Of a DNA stretch of 64,000 nucleotides, positions 1 to 8,151 are shown one piece after another. Positions within the stretch are counted from its first letter, which is position 1. Every line of letters begins with the position of its first letter. The translations under genes were made by a program, and so were the position numbers. The DNA is taken from IMG/VR virus record IMGVR_UViG_3300023110_002336, positions 1-64,000 of that record; one strand, 5' to 3'. A model generated the notes under the pieces. That model had not been told where the DNA came from. It made no database searches and was given only the letters and a program-made list of their open reading frames with translations. The stretch is from a virus.

Positions 1-1842
1 ACCAAGATTGTTAGTTCTGTAGGTGTTCATTTCGGGTGTTGGAACACTGCTGTAGTTTCTTGTTCTAGCACCTGCGGGTCGTTTATCGGTCGCTACCTTT
101 TGATAGACTTTGCCTTTTGCGCCTTGGGTAACGTATTTTTTACCTGTTCTCGCGCGCTTGCCGAGTGAGGGCGCTAGACGCGGTGAAGGACGAGAGCCGG
201 GAGGTGCTGCTAGAAGCGCGGATTCTTCGCCGCCGCCTGCTTCTTCGCCACCACCTTCGTCGCCGCCTAGATCAAGACCACCGCCTTCGTCGCCTCCACC
301 GAGGTCTAAGCCGCCACCTTCATCTCCACCGCCGAGGTCAAGACCACCTCCGCCTTCTCCGCCACCGCCGCCGCCTGCGGCTGCTTCGGCAACGCCCTCA
401 AGGGCTGTGTCGTGTTTGCGGTCGTAGAACATCTCGCGCTGGTTGCGTAGGAACTCTTCGTGAGACATTCCGAAAATGTTGTCGGCAACCCAGCGACGTG
501 AGAAGTAGCCTTCTGTTGCTGCGGCAGCAATGTCGAACTTGGTCTTCCAGTGCTCTAGTTCCTGTAGTTCCGCAATCTTGCTTGGGTTATTGAGAGCGAG
601 TTTGAAGTTCATAAGATCTTCACCTCTGTAACCAAGTGTGTAAAGGTGGATAATTCCAACCTTTTCTAGTTCGTGGATAACAGAACGCTGTAGACGCTGA
701 ATGGTGCGAGCAAAACGAATGTCTTTGGTCGCTAGTGTGGTTTTATCTTCCTGTGCTCCCTCACCCATTGTGAGATAAGCCTGCGGGATCTTAATAGCGG
801 AGAACATTTTGTCGCGGAGATACTTGATGTCGTCAATTTGTGTTGTGTTCTGTCCGCCAGCAAGTGACTGAATGTCGGTCACAGAACCAGCACGAATCGG
901 AATGTAGTAGTCCTCTTCGATTGATAGTGGGTTGTAGCGAAGATCGATGCGACCTGTGTCTTTATCAACAATTGTGTGTCTCTTCAACTGGGACACGATC
1001 TTCTGCATGTATTGCTCGACTTCTTGTGGAGGAATAGCGCCAACGTCAATCTTGAACACCTTGCGCTCTGAAGAACGAACAATGCGATAAGCCATCATTG
1101 CATCTTCCATTAGAGTCAACTGACGCCAGATGCGTCGTGCTGGCTCTAGGACAGATGTGCCGTAGGGTGAATACTTGTCGTTTCCAAGAATGCGGAAGTG
1201 GGCAACCTGCCAGTTCTCAAAGGTCATTCCTGCTGAGTTCCACTGATACTGGATATAGTTGGGGTTTGTGGCGTCCATTCCCTCTAGTCTCTCAACTTCT
1301 TGTAGGGGAAGAGCGATTGTAGATTTAATCCCAATCTCGTCATCAATATCAAGATAGAGGATGAAGTCGCCATACTTACACATTGTGCGGCACCAACCAA
1401 AGAGGTTGTGCTCTACGTTCATGATGTTGTGATAAAGAATGTTGAGAACGGCTTTGATTTCGTCATTGCGGCACTTGATGTTTAGCATCGGAGAGAGAGT
1501 AGAGAATGTTGTCATCTCGTCTGCATAGATGTCGAGTGCAGAAGCCAATTCTGGCATGTACTCCATTTGGTCAAAGTCAATGTAGCGCTCGGAACGACGC
1601 TGGTTTGCAATAGCGTTTGCAGCGATTGTGTCTAACGGGTTGTAGGACTGCTTCTTGAACTGCTGTCCTGACGCAGACTTGAATCTTGTAGAGTACTTAT
1701 CAAGGTGCTGCCTGCGAATCTTGCGACCAGACTCTGAGCGGTAGTTAATGATAGGACCAGAGAACAACCGAGTAAGAGACCTGAATAACTGGGAATCTCT
1801 ATTCGCTGGGTTGTTGCCTTGTTTTGGGTTTCGGGGTGCCAT
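1..1842 (-). CDS. Portal protein, T4 gp20-like (3' end truncated by the window edge)
   Basis: Absent from the ORF track because there is no stop in the window. Manual translation from the ATG at 1842 gives MAPRNPKQ...QMEYMPELASALDIYADE...YGTSVLEPARRIWRQLTLMEDAMMAYRIVRSSERKVFKIDVG...DDIKYLRDKMFSAIKIP...KDIRFARTIQRLQ, the characteristic gp20 portal motifs. It lies directly downstream of the terminase. Confidence 0.95.
   Translation of the reverse strand, partial: MAPRNPKQGNNPANRDSQLFRSLTRLFSGPIINYRSESGRKIRRQHLDKYSTRFKSASGQQFKKQSYNPLDTIAANAIANQRRSERYIDFDQMEYMPELASALDIYADEMTTFSTLSPMLNIKCRNDEIKAVLNILYHNIMNVEHNLFGWCRTMCKYGDFILYLDIDDEIGIKSTIALPLQEVERLEGMDATNPNYIQYQWNSAGMTFENWQVAHFRILGNDKYSPYGTSVLEPARRIWRQLTLMEDAMMAYRIVRSSERKVFKIDVGAIPPQEVEQYMQKIVSQLKRHTIVDKDTGRIDLRYNPLSIEEDYYIPIRAGSVTDIQSLAGGQNTTQIDDIKYLRDKMFSAIKIPQAYLTMGEGAQEDKTTLATKDIRFARTIQRLQRSVIHELEKVGIIHLYTLGYRGEDLMNFKLALNNPSKIAELQELEHWKTKFDIAAAATEGYFSRRWVADNIFGMSHEEFLRNQREMFYDRKHDTALEGVAEAAAGGGGGGEGGGGLDLGGGDEGGGLDLGGGDEGGGLDLGGDEGGGEEAGGGEESALLAAPPGSRPSPRLAPSLGKRARTGKKYVTQGAKGKVYQKVATDKRPAGARTRNYSSVPTPEMNTYRTNNLG
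240..375 (-). repeat. Gly/acidic tandem repeat (GGGLDLGG(G)DE x3) in the portal C-terminal tail
   Basis: Portal frame reads AAAGGGGGGEGGGGLDLGGGDEGGGLDLGGGDEGGGLDLGGDEGGGEEAGGGEE. The ~33-nt units differ at synonymous positions. Confidence 0.9.
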
Positions 1843-1850
1843 TTATTTTC

Positions 1851-3431
1851 TCACTTAATTATCCACATATATTGGGAATATAGATTTTTTGCTTCGTTCA
1901 TTTTACTAGTTGTGTCTTCGCCTGTGTAGCCAATTTGTCCTTTTATCTGCGTGTTTAGGGTTGTTCTCGAAGTCATGATGGCGTCTACGAATGCCTTCTG
2001 GTAGTTGAGGTCTCGGGCGTTTGATTGGAGGGCTGTGTCTCTAACCCAACAACAAATCGCAAGAGCCATTACCAAGTCGTCATTGTAGCCCCTCATGGCT
2101 TGTGGCTTCCCGTTGTACCAAATGAAAGTTCGGAACTCGTTTGCTAAACGCGAAGAATACGTCTTAACTAGTTTGTTTCTCATAAACTCTTCTAACTTGG
2201 CTACGATGAGAGGTCTGGTCTTACTTGTGGTTGAAAAGCCAGCGATTGCTCCCGACTTGTGTTCGCCAAGATGTTGATCGATGTATTCGTGTGTGGACTT
2301 GATAGAGTAATAGAGATTTGGGTAGCCGTACTCTACTAATTTATCTATGACGGTGTAACCAATGGAGTTATTTTCTACGACGAGCATGGCGTTACCAAAC
2401 TCTCTACCGACCTGATTTAGCATGTTGGCGTAGAGGTCAGGTGTTGGTTTGCCCATGTACTCTCCGATGATTTCCATCGTTTCAAGTTTCAGAATGTGGA
2501 ACGTAGAACTATCTGCGCCGTCGCCTCGGGCAACGTCTGCGGACATGAGATAGTTACAACTTGGGTCGTACTCTTCCCATAGCCAGAAGTTTCTATCAAA
2601 GCCTGTCTTGTGTTTTGGCTCTTTGATGTTGGACATGATCCATTCCATGTTCTCTGGATCGATAACAGTTTCACCAGAAGTATTGAAGTTACACTCCAAC
2701 TCCTGAGCGATCTGTCTTCTGGACATGTTCTTGGTTTCTTTCTTGAACCATTCTTCATCTCTGTCTGGGTGAACCCACCACATAAGCGTCGTGAGATTGA
2801 AATTATTATCATTGGTCTCGGCACCTACGCAGGTTTTATGGAACCAGTTACCAACACCGTTTGGCGTGGAGATAGCGATACAGCGACCACCAGTTGATAG
2901 TGTTGGGTATAGACCAGTCCATAGTTCTTCTAGACCCTCGATGTGTGCAGCCTCGTCAAGAACGAGGAGGGATAGTGCTTCAGAACGACCAGCGTCGCCA
3001 GAGGTGGAGGCAGCCTTGATAGAAGAACCATTGGACAACTCGAAGGACGTGCGGTTGTCGGTTGTAATGTTTGCAATCCTGATCCAGTCAGGAAGGTTCT
3101 TCATAATGTTCTTGACTTTTCGGACCAAGTTGCCTGCTGTTTCAAACTTGGTCGCCATAACAAGAATGGTCTTGTCGCGGTGGAACAACATCATCCAAAC
3201 AATGTAGCCAGCCGTGATCGTTGAGATACCTAGCTGGCGACCCTTGTTGATGATGTTGAAGCGGTAGTCGTTGAAATCTTCTAGCAGTTGATCCTGATAA
3301 TCAAATGTCTTAAACAACATAAGCCCGTGCATCGGGTGAGAGATGCGGGCATAGTTTTTTAGGAAGTAAGAAGGATCTTTACCACACTTAACGACTTCTT
3401 TCAGTATTTGTTGTTTCGTTAACTTTGGCAT
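1851..3431 (-). CDS. terL: Terminase large subunit (T4 gp17-like)
   Basis: Walker A-like KGRQLGIST, Walker B LLVLDEAAH, coupling motif ISTPNG, nuclease motifs ADVARGDGADSS, VVENN and DDLVMALAI. No intein. Confidence 0.96.
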   Translation of the reverse strand: MPKLTKQQILKEVVKCGKDPSYFLKNYARISHPMHGLMLFKTFDYQDQLLEDFNDYRFNIINKGRQLGISTITAGYIVWMMLFHRDKTILVMATKFETAGNLVRKVKNIMKNLPDWIRIANITTDNRTSFELSNGSSIKAASTSGDAGRSEALSLLVLDEAAHIEGLEELWTGLYPTLSTGGRCIAISTPNGVGNWFHKTCVGAETNDNNFNLTTLMWWVHPDRDEEWFKKETKNMSRRQIAQELECNFNTSGETVIDPENMEWIMSNIKEPKHKTGFDRNFWLWEEYDPSCNYLMSADVARGDGADSSTFHILKLETMEIIGEYMGKPTPDLYANMLNQVGREFGNAMLVVENNSIGYTVIDKLVEYGYPNLYYSIKSTHEYIDQHLGEHKSGAIAGFSTTSKTRPLIVAKLEEFMRNKLVKTYSSRLANEFRTFIWYNGKPQAMRGYNDDLVMALAICCWVRDTALQSNARDLNYQKAFVDAIMTSRTTLNTQIKGQIGYTGEDTTSKMNEAKNLYSQYMWIIK

Positions 3432-3442
3432 TCATCTTTCTT

Positions 3443-3991
3443 TTATTCTTTTTTGCCAGAGTTTGCGGGTCTCTTGTCGTTAGGGGCACGCTTACCATAA
3501 CCACCTTGCTTCATAAAGGCTTCCCAGCCAGCAGCGAGTTTGTCTTCTGTGGCTTCGCCAACAACAGCAACCTCTTCCATCCCACCAATCTTGTAGGTCA
3601 TGCAAGCAGTAACCCAAGAACGGACGCGGGATGAGTTCTCAACGCGAATGTCAATCTCGCCTTCTTTGGTGAGAGACACAGAGCCAGCGCCTAGTTTGCG
3701 TGCTTCTTTCTTTAAGAACTTGATGATCTCGTTCATCTGCGATTCAACATCTGACTCAAAGCCGTTAGCGTAGACTTCCTTGAGTTGGACCTCAGACTGG
3801 TAAGAAAGGGTCATCATGTTGCCGTGGAACTTGACACCGAAGCCGTCCATAACACGCTTGTCAATAAGAGGGCTGCCCTCTTCTCTTTTTAGTCCTGCCT
3901 TGATTGCTTCGCCGTCTGCGTCGTGTGCTCCGTCGTAAGCGTTTGCTGCGGCTTGTGATAGAGCCTGAACGATTTCGTAAACTGTTGCCAT
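3443..3991 (-). CDS. Hypothetical phage protein immediately upstream of terL
   Basis: 182-aa ORF with TAATG coupling to the upstream gene. No recognised domain. Confidence 0.8.
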   Translation of the reverse strand: MATVYEIVQALSQAAANAYDGAHDADGEAIKAGLKREEGSPLIDKRVMDGFGVKFHGNMMTLSYQSEVQLKEVYANGFESDVESQMNEIIKFLKKEARKLGAGSVSLTKEGEIDIRVENSSRVRSWVTACMTYKIGGMEEVAVVGEATEDKLAAGWEAFMKQGGYGKRAPNDKRPANSGKKE

Positions 3992-4533
3992 TATTCCATT
4001 CCTTTGTTGTGCTTGCCATCTAAATAGTGGTAAACTTTACCTAAATAGTCGGCAGCAAGAGTAATTTTTGCTTGAACCCAGCCGGGTAGGTCAGAGTATT
4101 CTGAAGCGAGTTGAGAGACCTTGGGGGCGTATTCTTCTAGTTTGTGAAGATCTGATAGAGCCATGTGGACTTCGTGGTCATCATCTTCTATACCACCGGG
4201 CATCATTTGCTGTTCGTAGCCCTCTTTGACCATTCTTTTTTGTATTTGTTTCATAGCCTTTTCAAGAAAAGTTCTATGTTGTAGCAAATCGACACCTTCT
4301 GTTGAAGCAAGATCGGAGATAAACTTTTCTAACTGATCTACAATCTTCTGCTCTTGTGGTGTGAACTCTCCACTTGTATCTTTAATTCTTTCTCTAGAAG
4401 TCTTGATTCTCTGCGTAGAAGACATAGAGCCTGTCTTTAGCTTTGTAGCGTTCTTGTCGCCAATGTCTACTCGTTCTTCTTCTGCTTCTTTGAGAACTTC
4501 TCTGATTAGCTCTCTTAATTCACTAGCTTTCAT
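3991..4533 (-). CDS. Putative head-associated/internal virion protein with MKASELRELIREVLKE leader
   Basis: Start moved to the ATG at 4533, which overlaps the end of the upstream gene. Charged, helical protein. Its leader resembles those of 7054-7575, 7572-8147 and 12635-13603. Confidence 0.7.
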   Translation of the reverse strand: MKASELRELIREVLKEAEEERVDIGDKNATKLKTGSMSSTQRIKTSRERIKDTSGEFTPQEQKIVDQLEKFISDLASTEGVDLLQHRTFLEKAMKQIQKRMVKEGYEQQMMPGGIEDDDHEVHMALSDLHKLEEYAPKVSQLASEYSDLPGWVQAKITLAADYLGKVYHYLDGKHNKGME

Positions 4534-4903
4534 CTGGTCTCCATCCTTTTTTCCATCGTTCTTCTCTTCCCTCAACCCATTTGATGTAGCACTTGTAGCA
4601 GCATTCAAACTTTACAAGTGAGACATCATCTCTGGTTGAGTATGAGAACGAACCACAAACAGGACATCCCGTTTTGGATTCTCTATTAAGTAGTTTTCTT
4701 GAGACCTTTATTCCATTTAGTTCTACTTTATCGTTGGCTTCATCATTTTTCTTTTGTTTCTTGTAGAGTTCTCGCATCTGTTCCAGATAGACTTTCTCTT
4801 TGTTCTCGTCCCAATCTGCTTTGGGGTTCTGGATTGCTTCTTCGCCATACTTTTGTGCGATAGCCTGCTCTACCTTTACGATGTAATCTGGGTCTTTACT
4901 CAT
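4523..4903 (-). CDS. Hypothetical zinc-finger protein
   Basis: CPVC...CCYKC motif. Start at 4903 gives an ATGA overlap with the upstream stop. Confidence 0.75.
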   Translation of the reverse strand: MSKDPDYIVKVEQAIAQKYGEEAIQNPKADWDENKEKVYLEQMRELYKKQKKNDEANDKVELNGIKVSRKLLNRESKTGCPVCGSFSYSTRDDVSLVKFECCYKCYIKWVEGREERWKKGWRPDES

Positions 4904-5448
4904 TGTCCCCACCAAACCTCTTCGCCTCTGCGATAAAATTTTGTTTGTTCAAACTTGGTTTCGTCTATAAAATGGTCGTCTCTAAATCTACAATAGTTGT
5001 TTGGCTGTAGGGCAAACTGCCCATCTTCAAGGGAAACAAGGTTCAGTGGTTTATGCTCTTGTGGATAGCGGTCAAAGCCATCGGTCCAGTCAATTATTAT
5101 GCCTGTGTGTCGTCCTTTCCACCCATAGCGGAATAGTTCAACCTCAAGACCTTCTAGATACTTTGCGTGCCACGCTTCTATGTTTGGACCCATAGCAGTC
5201 CACGGAATCAAGTCGTTATGTGGTTTTTCTTTCCAAGTATCTGGTCCGTGAAAGTTTGACATCGCGTGGAGCGGCAAACCAGACCAGTGAGCACCGCTTT
5301 CCAATAGAACATGTGCCATAGGAATCTGTCCCTCTCTAGAATGTATACCATGCCACAGGGCATAAGTGTAGCCTTCGGGCATCTTGGGTCCAAGATATTT
5401 GTTGTTTACCCAAACATAAATGTGAAAAGGAAGATTGGTGTGCTTCAT
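4900..5448 (-). CDS. Hypothetical phage protein (His/Trp-rich)
   Basis: Start MKHTNLPF at 5448 (ATGA overlap). Conserved-looking segments SGAHWSGLPLH and EHK...GQFALQPNN. Function not recognised. Confidence 0.75.
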   Translation of the reverse strand: MKHTNLPFHIYVWVNNKYLGPKMPEGYTYALWHGIHSREGQIPMAHVLLESGAHWSGLPLHAMSNFHGPDTWKEKPHNDLIPWTAMGPNIEAWHAKYLEGLEVELFRYGWKGRHTGIIIDWTDGFDRYPQEHKPLNLVSLEDGQFALQPNNYCRFRDDHFIDETKFEQTKFYRRGEEVWWGQ

Positions 5449-5852
5449 TGCGTCGCCTGACCTATTCCGTAGTAGGTAGCACCACCGGCTGCTATTCCAA
5501 TCGCAAACCACATCCACTTGTAGGCTGGTGATTGCTTCTTGATAATCTTTTGTAGTTCGTCAATCTCGGTGTCTTTCTCAATCACCATTGTCGTATGTTT
5601 CTGGTTGAGAGCGTTGTAACGAATCTTTTCTTTTTCTAGCTCTAGGATAAACTCGCTTTCTTTTTTCTCGATTGTTCTCGTCCATTCGATCTCGCACTCT
5701 TGCTTGATTTTGTCTGGTGTTACGAGAACCTCTGATAAAGCCTCGGGATTGAGGACGATTCCCTCTATTGGAGAACGCTCGCCCTGATCTACAAAAGTGA
5801 ATTCAGAACCAGCGAAGGCTAGTGTAGTAAATAATAAAATGCTAGGGAACAT
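5445..5852 (-). CDS. Exported coiled-coil protein with C-terminal TM helix (spanin-partner candidate)
   Basis: Signal peptide MFPSILLFTTLAFA, central coiled coil, C-terminal hydrophobic WMWFAIGIAAGGATYYGI. Overlaps the i-spanin-like gene. Confidence 0.55.
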   Translation of the reverse strand: MFPSILLFTTLAFAGSEFTFVDQGERSPIEGIVLNPEALSEVLVTPDKIKQECEIEWTRTIEKKESEFILELEKEKIRYNALNQKHTTMVIEKDTEIDELQKIIKKQSPAYKWMWFAIGIAAGGATYYGIGQATQ

Positions 5853-6222
5853 AAGTGAATCCGTAAGTTTGTTCTATTTGAAGGCGTAGTTTGTCTTTAT
5901 CTTTTCTGTAATCTCTCACTATGCCTTTCTTGCGTTTATCAATCTCTTTTGATAAATCCATTAAAGCGTCTTGATAGCGCAGTTCAAGTTGTTCGTTTCT
6001 GATTCTGAAATCTTCAAGTGCCTTATCTCGTTGTTTTAGTTCTTCTTCGTGAATCTCTTGTAGTTCGGTTATTTGTGTTTTTAGAGACTCTTGGGAGATT
6101 TGCTGCGCTTTGATAATGTTGTGAACGTCGTAGCGTCCTTTCGCAAACACAACAAGAAGGAGCAGGACAAGCCCGATCTCCTTCCAGTGTTTTAGACAGA
6201 AAGCTAAAATCTTTTCTTTCAT
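5842..6222 (-). CDS. Inner-membrane spanin-like (Rz-like) protein
   Basis: N-terminal TM helix IGLVLLLLVVFA followed by ~90 aa of coiled coil. Lies near the holin-like gene. Confidence 0.55.
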   Translation of the reverse strand: MKEKILAFCLKHWKEIGLVLLLLVVFAKGRYDVHNIIKAQQISQESLKTQITELQEIHEEELKQRDKALEDFRIRNEQLELRYQDALMDLSKEIDKRKKGIVRDYRKDKDKLRLQIEQTYGFTYVP

Positions 6223-6225
6223 TAT

Positions 6226-6852
6226 TTATTTCTTCATTGTTGTGCCACCACCAGAATGGCGCTTACCCCCAATCGCATCGGTGTAAGCATTTGCAACCTT
6301 CAAGAGTTCTTTGATAGGCATGTTAACTTTTTCAATTGTCATTTTTTTCGCATCTTCTGGGTTTTGCGAATTATAAATTATTGTTGCTGCCCATCTATGG
6401 TGACCATCAAGCAGATAGTTATCAGCAGATACTAAGATAGAAGCATTCCAAGGAGCCCAGTCTATCTTGGGATCTGCACCTGCTTTAGCTTTCTTCAATG
6501 CATTGTCCATATAAATGTCTGTTTGTGTTGGCTTGAGGTCGGATGGATCAACATTAGGTATTTCCCTAACTTCTACCTGATCACCTTCAGGGTATGCACC
6601 TGCATCATCTGATGAATCTAGATATGCTCTTGTGGCAGCACCAAGATCTGGGATCTTTTGTGGTTCATTTGTCTCTAGTCCCTTGGGAGGTGGCGCTTCC
6701 AATTCCTTTTCAAATGCGTCCGCATCTGGAATCTGCGGCATATTAGCCCTCTTTGTTCCATAGGCACCTTTACAGGCTGCGGGGAAGTTTGTACAAAAAT
6801 CATTGCTTTGTTCTTTGAGGTAGCCTCTCCAGCTTTCCATTATAAGTTTCAT
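6226..6852 (-). CDS. ParB/sulfiredoxin N-terminal-like domain protein
   Basis: LKPTQTDI...ILVSADNYLLDGHHRWAA, the ParB/Srx GxxR motif. N-terminal leader MKLIMESWRGYLKE. Confidence 0.8.
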   Translation of the reverse strand: MKLIMESWRGYLKEQSNDFCTNFPAACKGAYGTKRANMPQIPDADAFEKELEAPPPKGLETNEPQKIPDLGAATRAYLDSSDDAGAYPEGDQVEVREIPNVDPSDLKPTQTDIYMDNALKKAKAGADPKIDWAPWNASILVSADNYLLDGHHRWAATIIYNSQNPEDAKKMTIEKVNMPIKELLKVANAYTDAIGGKRHSGGGTTMKK

Positions 6853-6853
6853 T

Positions 6854-7057
6854 TTATTCTAGTCCTTTTAATTTCACAATAGCGTCAATCACAGACTGAC
6901 CACCGAGGTAGAGACCTGAGATAATAACCCAGTCGCCTGATTCTAGACCGCCCCATAGCATTAGACCTGTGGCGGCAATCCACACAAGTAACTTGCGGGA
7001 AGTAATCTTTTCTACGCCTTTATCAAGTAGGGCTTGTTTGGTTTCTTCGCTCATCAT
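6854..7057 (-). CDS. Holin-like small membrane protein
   Basis: 67 aa with SRKLLVW followed by two TM helices and a charged C-terminus. Tandem Met-Met start. Confidence 0.55.
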   Translation of the reverse strand: MMSEETKQALLDKGVEKITSRKLLVWIAATGLMLWGGLESGDWVIISGLYLGGQSVIDAIVKLKGLE

Positions 7058-7575
7058 TTGGCACCCATCTTAACTAGTTGCTCGTAGATCATTCCGATGA
7101 GAACCGGAAGGGACATAGTGGCAATAAGGGGAGCCATCTTGGCCATGGCATCCTTGAAGATCATTATGTTTTCTGCGTTGATGTTAGCAAGTTCTGGAGA
7201 CTCCATCACTGGCTCGGTGGTGCCTTCTTGGAATACTCCATCGTCTGCTCCTATCATTCTTTCAAGTGCAGCCATGTCGGGCGGACTAAAGCCAGCCTGT
7301 TTTAACATTCCCATTCCCATTGAAGCCATCTTCAATGGATCGCTGCTGGCTCCTGCTGTTACAAGATAGTTAGAGAGTATGGAAATAGCATCATCTACTT
7401 TAGTTGTAACCATGCGCTCCATTTCTTGAGCGACCTGATCCATAGCGCCGCCTTTTTCCATTCCTGCTGGAACAGCATCGTCGTCGTATGGGTCGTCCAT
7501 CATAGTAAGACCATCCATCTCGGACATAATTTCTTCCTTGATTAGATCAAGTAATGCTGACTTTTTGATTTTCAT
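7054..7575 (-). CDS. Met-rich protein with MKIKKSALLDLIKEEI leader (putative internal virion protein)
   Basis: 173 aa, 22 Met by manual count, hydrophobic C-terminal helix, shared leader. Confidence 0.7.
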   Translation of the reverse strand: MKIKKSALLDLIKEEIMSEMDGLTMMDDPYDDDAVPAGMEKGGAMDQVAQEMERMVTTKVDDAISILSNYLVTAGASSDPLKMASMGMGMLKQAGFSPPDMAALERMIGADDGVFQEGTTEPVMESPELANINAENIMIFKDAMAKMAPLIATMSLPVLIGMIYEQLVKMGAK

Positions 7576-8147
7576 TTTTTATCCTTTGCGATCTTAGTCG
7601 CCGTTGCGTACATTACACTTTCGGCGTCATCGCCATAGCGTTTCTTGAAATCCTTCTTGGATTTCTTCATACCCTTAACTATTTTCTCTTTTTCGTTTTT
7701 TTCGCCCTTGGACAATTTTCTTTCGTTTAAAGAACCAGCGTATTCATCTGGTGACTGCCCGTTCATCCAAGCGTCGTAGGGGTTTGGAGAATTATCATCA
7801 ATCTGAGCGCCCTTCTGGAAAACAACAGCAATCCACTTTTCAAAAGACATTTCCTGTCCTGCTACATCTTGCGCGGCATCCATCTTCTGTTGGTCTCTGA
7901 ACTGCTCTGATTCCCTAACAGGCTCGGGCATAGGGCGTGTCTTTGGTTTGTAAGCGCGACCAAGCTGGCGCTGTGCTGTACCGATAGAAACACCGGATTC
8001 GCCTGTAAAAGCAGCAGCCAAGAAGTCAATACTAACATCAAGGTTGTCAATAGAGTCTGTCAACTTGCTAATAGCCTTTAGCATTTCTGGGTCGGACTGA
8101 ATCTCTTCTAGAATAATTTCTTTTAGTTCTGACTTCTTAATCTTCAT
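7572..8147 (-). CDS. Protein with MKIKKSELKEIILEEI leader and basic C-terminal module (putative internal virion protein)
   Basis: 191 aa. Lys-rich C-terminal block KGMKKSKKDFKKRYGDDAESVMYATATKIAK follows an LNE site. Confidence 0.7.
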   Translation of the reverse strand: MKIKKSELKEIILEEIQSDPEMLKAISKLTDSIDNLDVSIDFLAAAFTGESGVSIGTAQRQLGRAYKPKTRPMPEPVRESEQFRDQQKMDAAQDVAGQEMSFEKWIAVVFQKGAQIDDNSPNPYDAWMNGQSPDEYAGSLNERKLSKGEKNEKEKIVKGMKKSKKDFKKRYGDDAESVMYATATKIAKDKK

Positions 8148-8151
8148 TTAT

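Noticed and set aside
240-375. ~33-nt repeats as a possible CRISPR array
   Set aside because: The units are adjacent with no unique spacers, vary at synonymous positions and are protein-coding. No cas genes are present.
110-593. Plus-strand Pro-rich (110-427) and Arg/His-rich (165-593) ORFs
   Set aside because: They are antisense shadows of the Gly-rich repeat in the minus-strand portal gene.
3390-3431. Terminase N-terminus MPKLTKQQILKEV as another copy of the shared leader
   Set aside because: It resembles the leader but corresponds to the normal first helix of T4-like terminases leading into KCxxDPxYF, so it was not counted.
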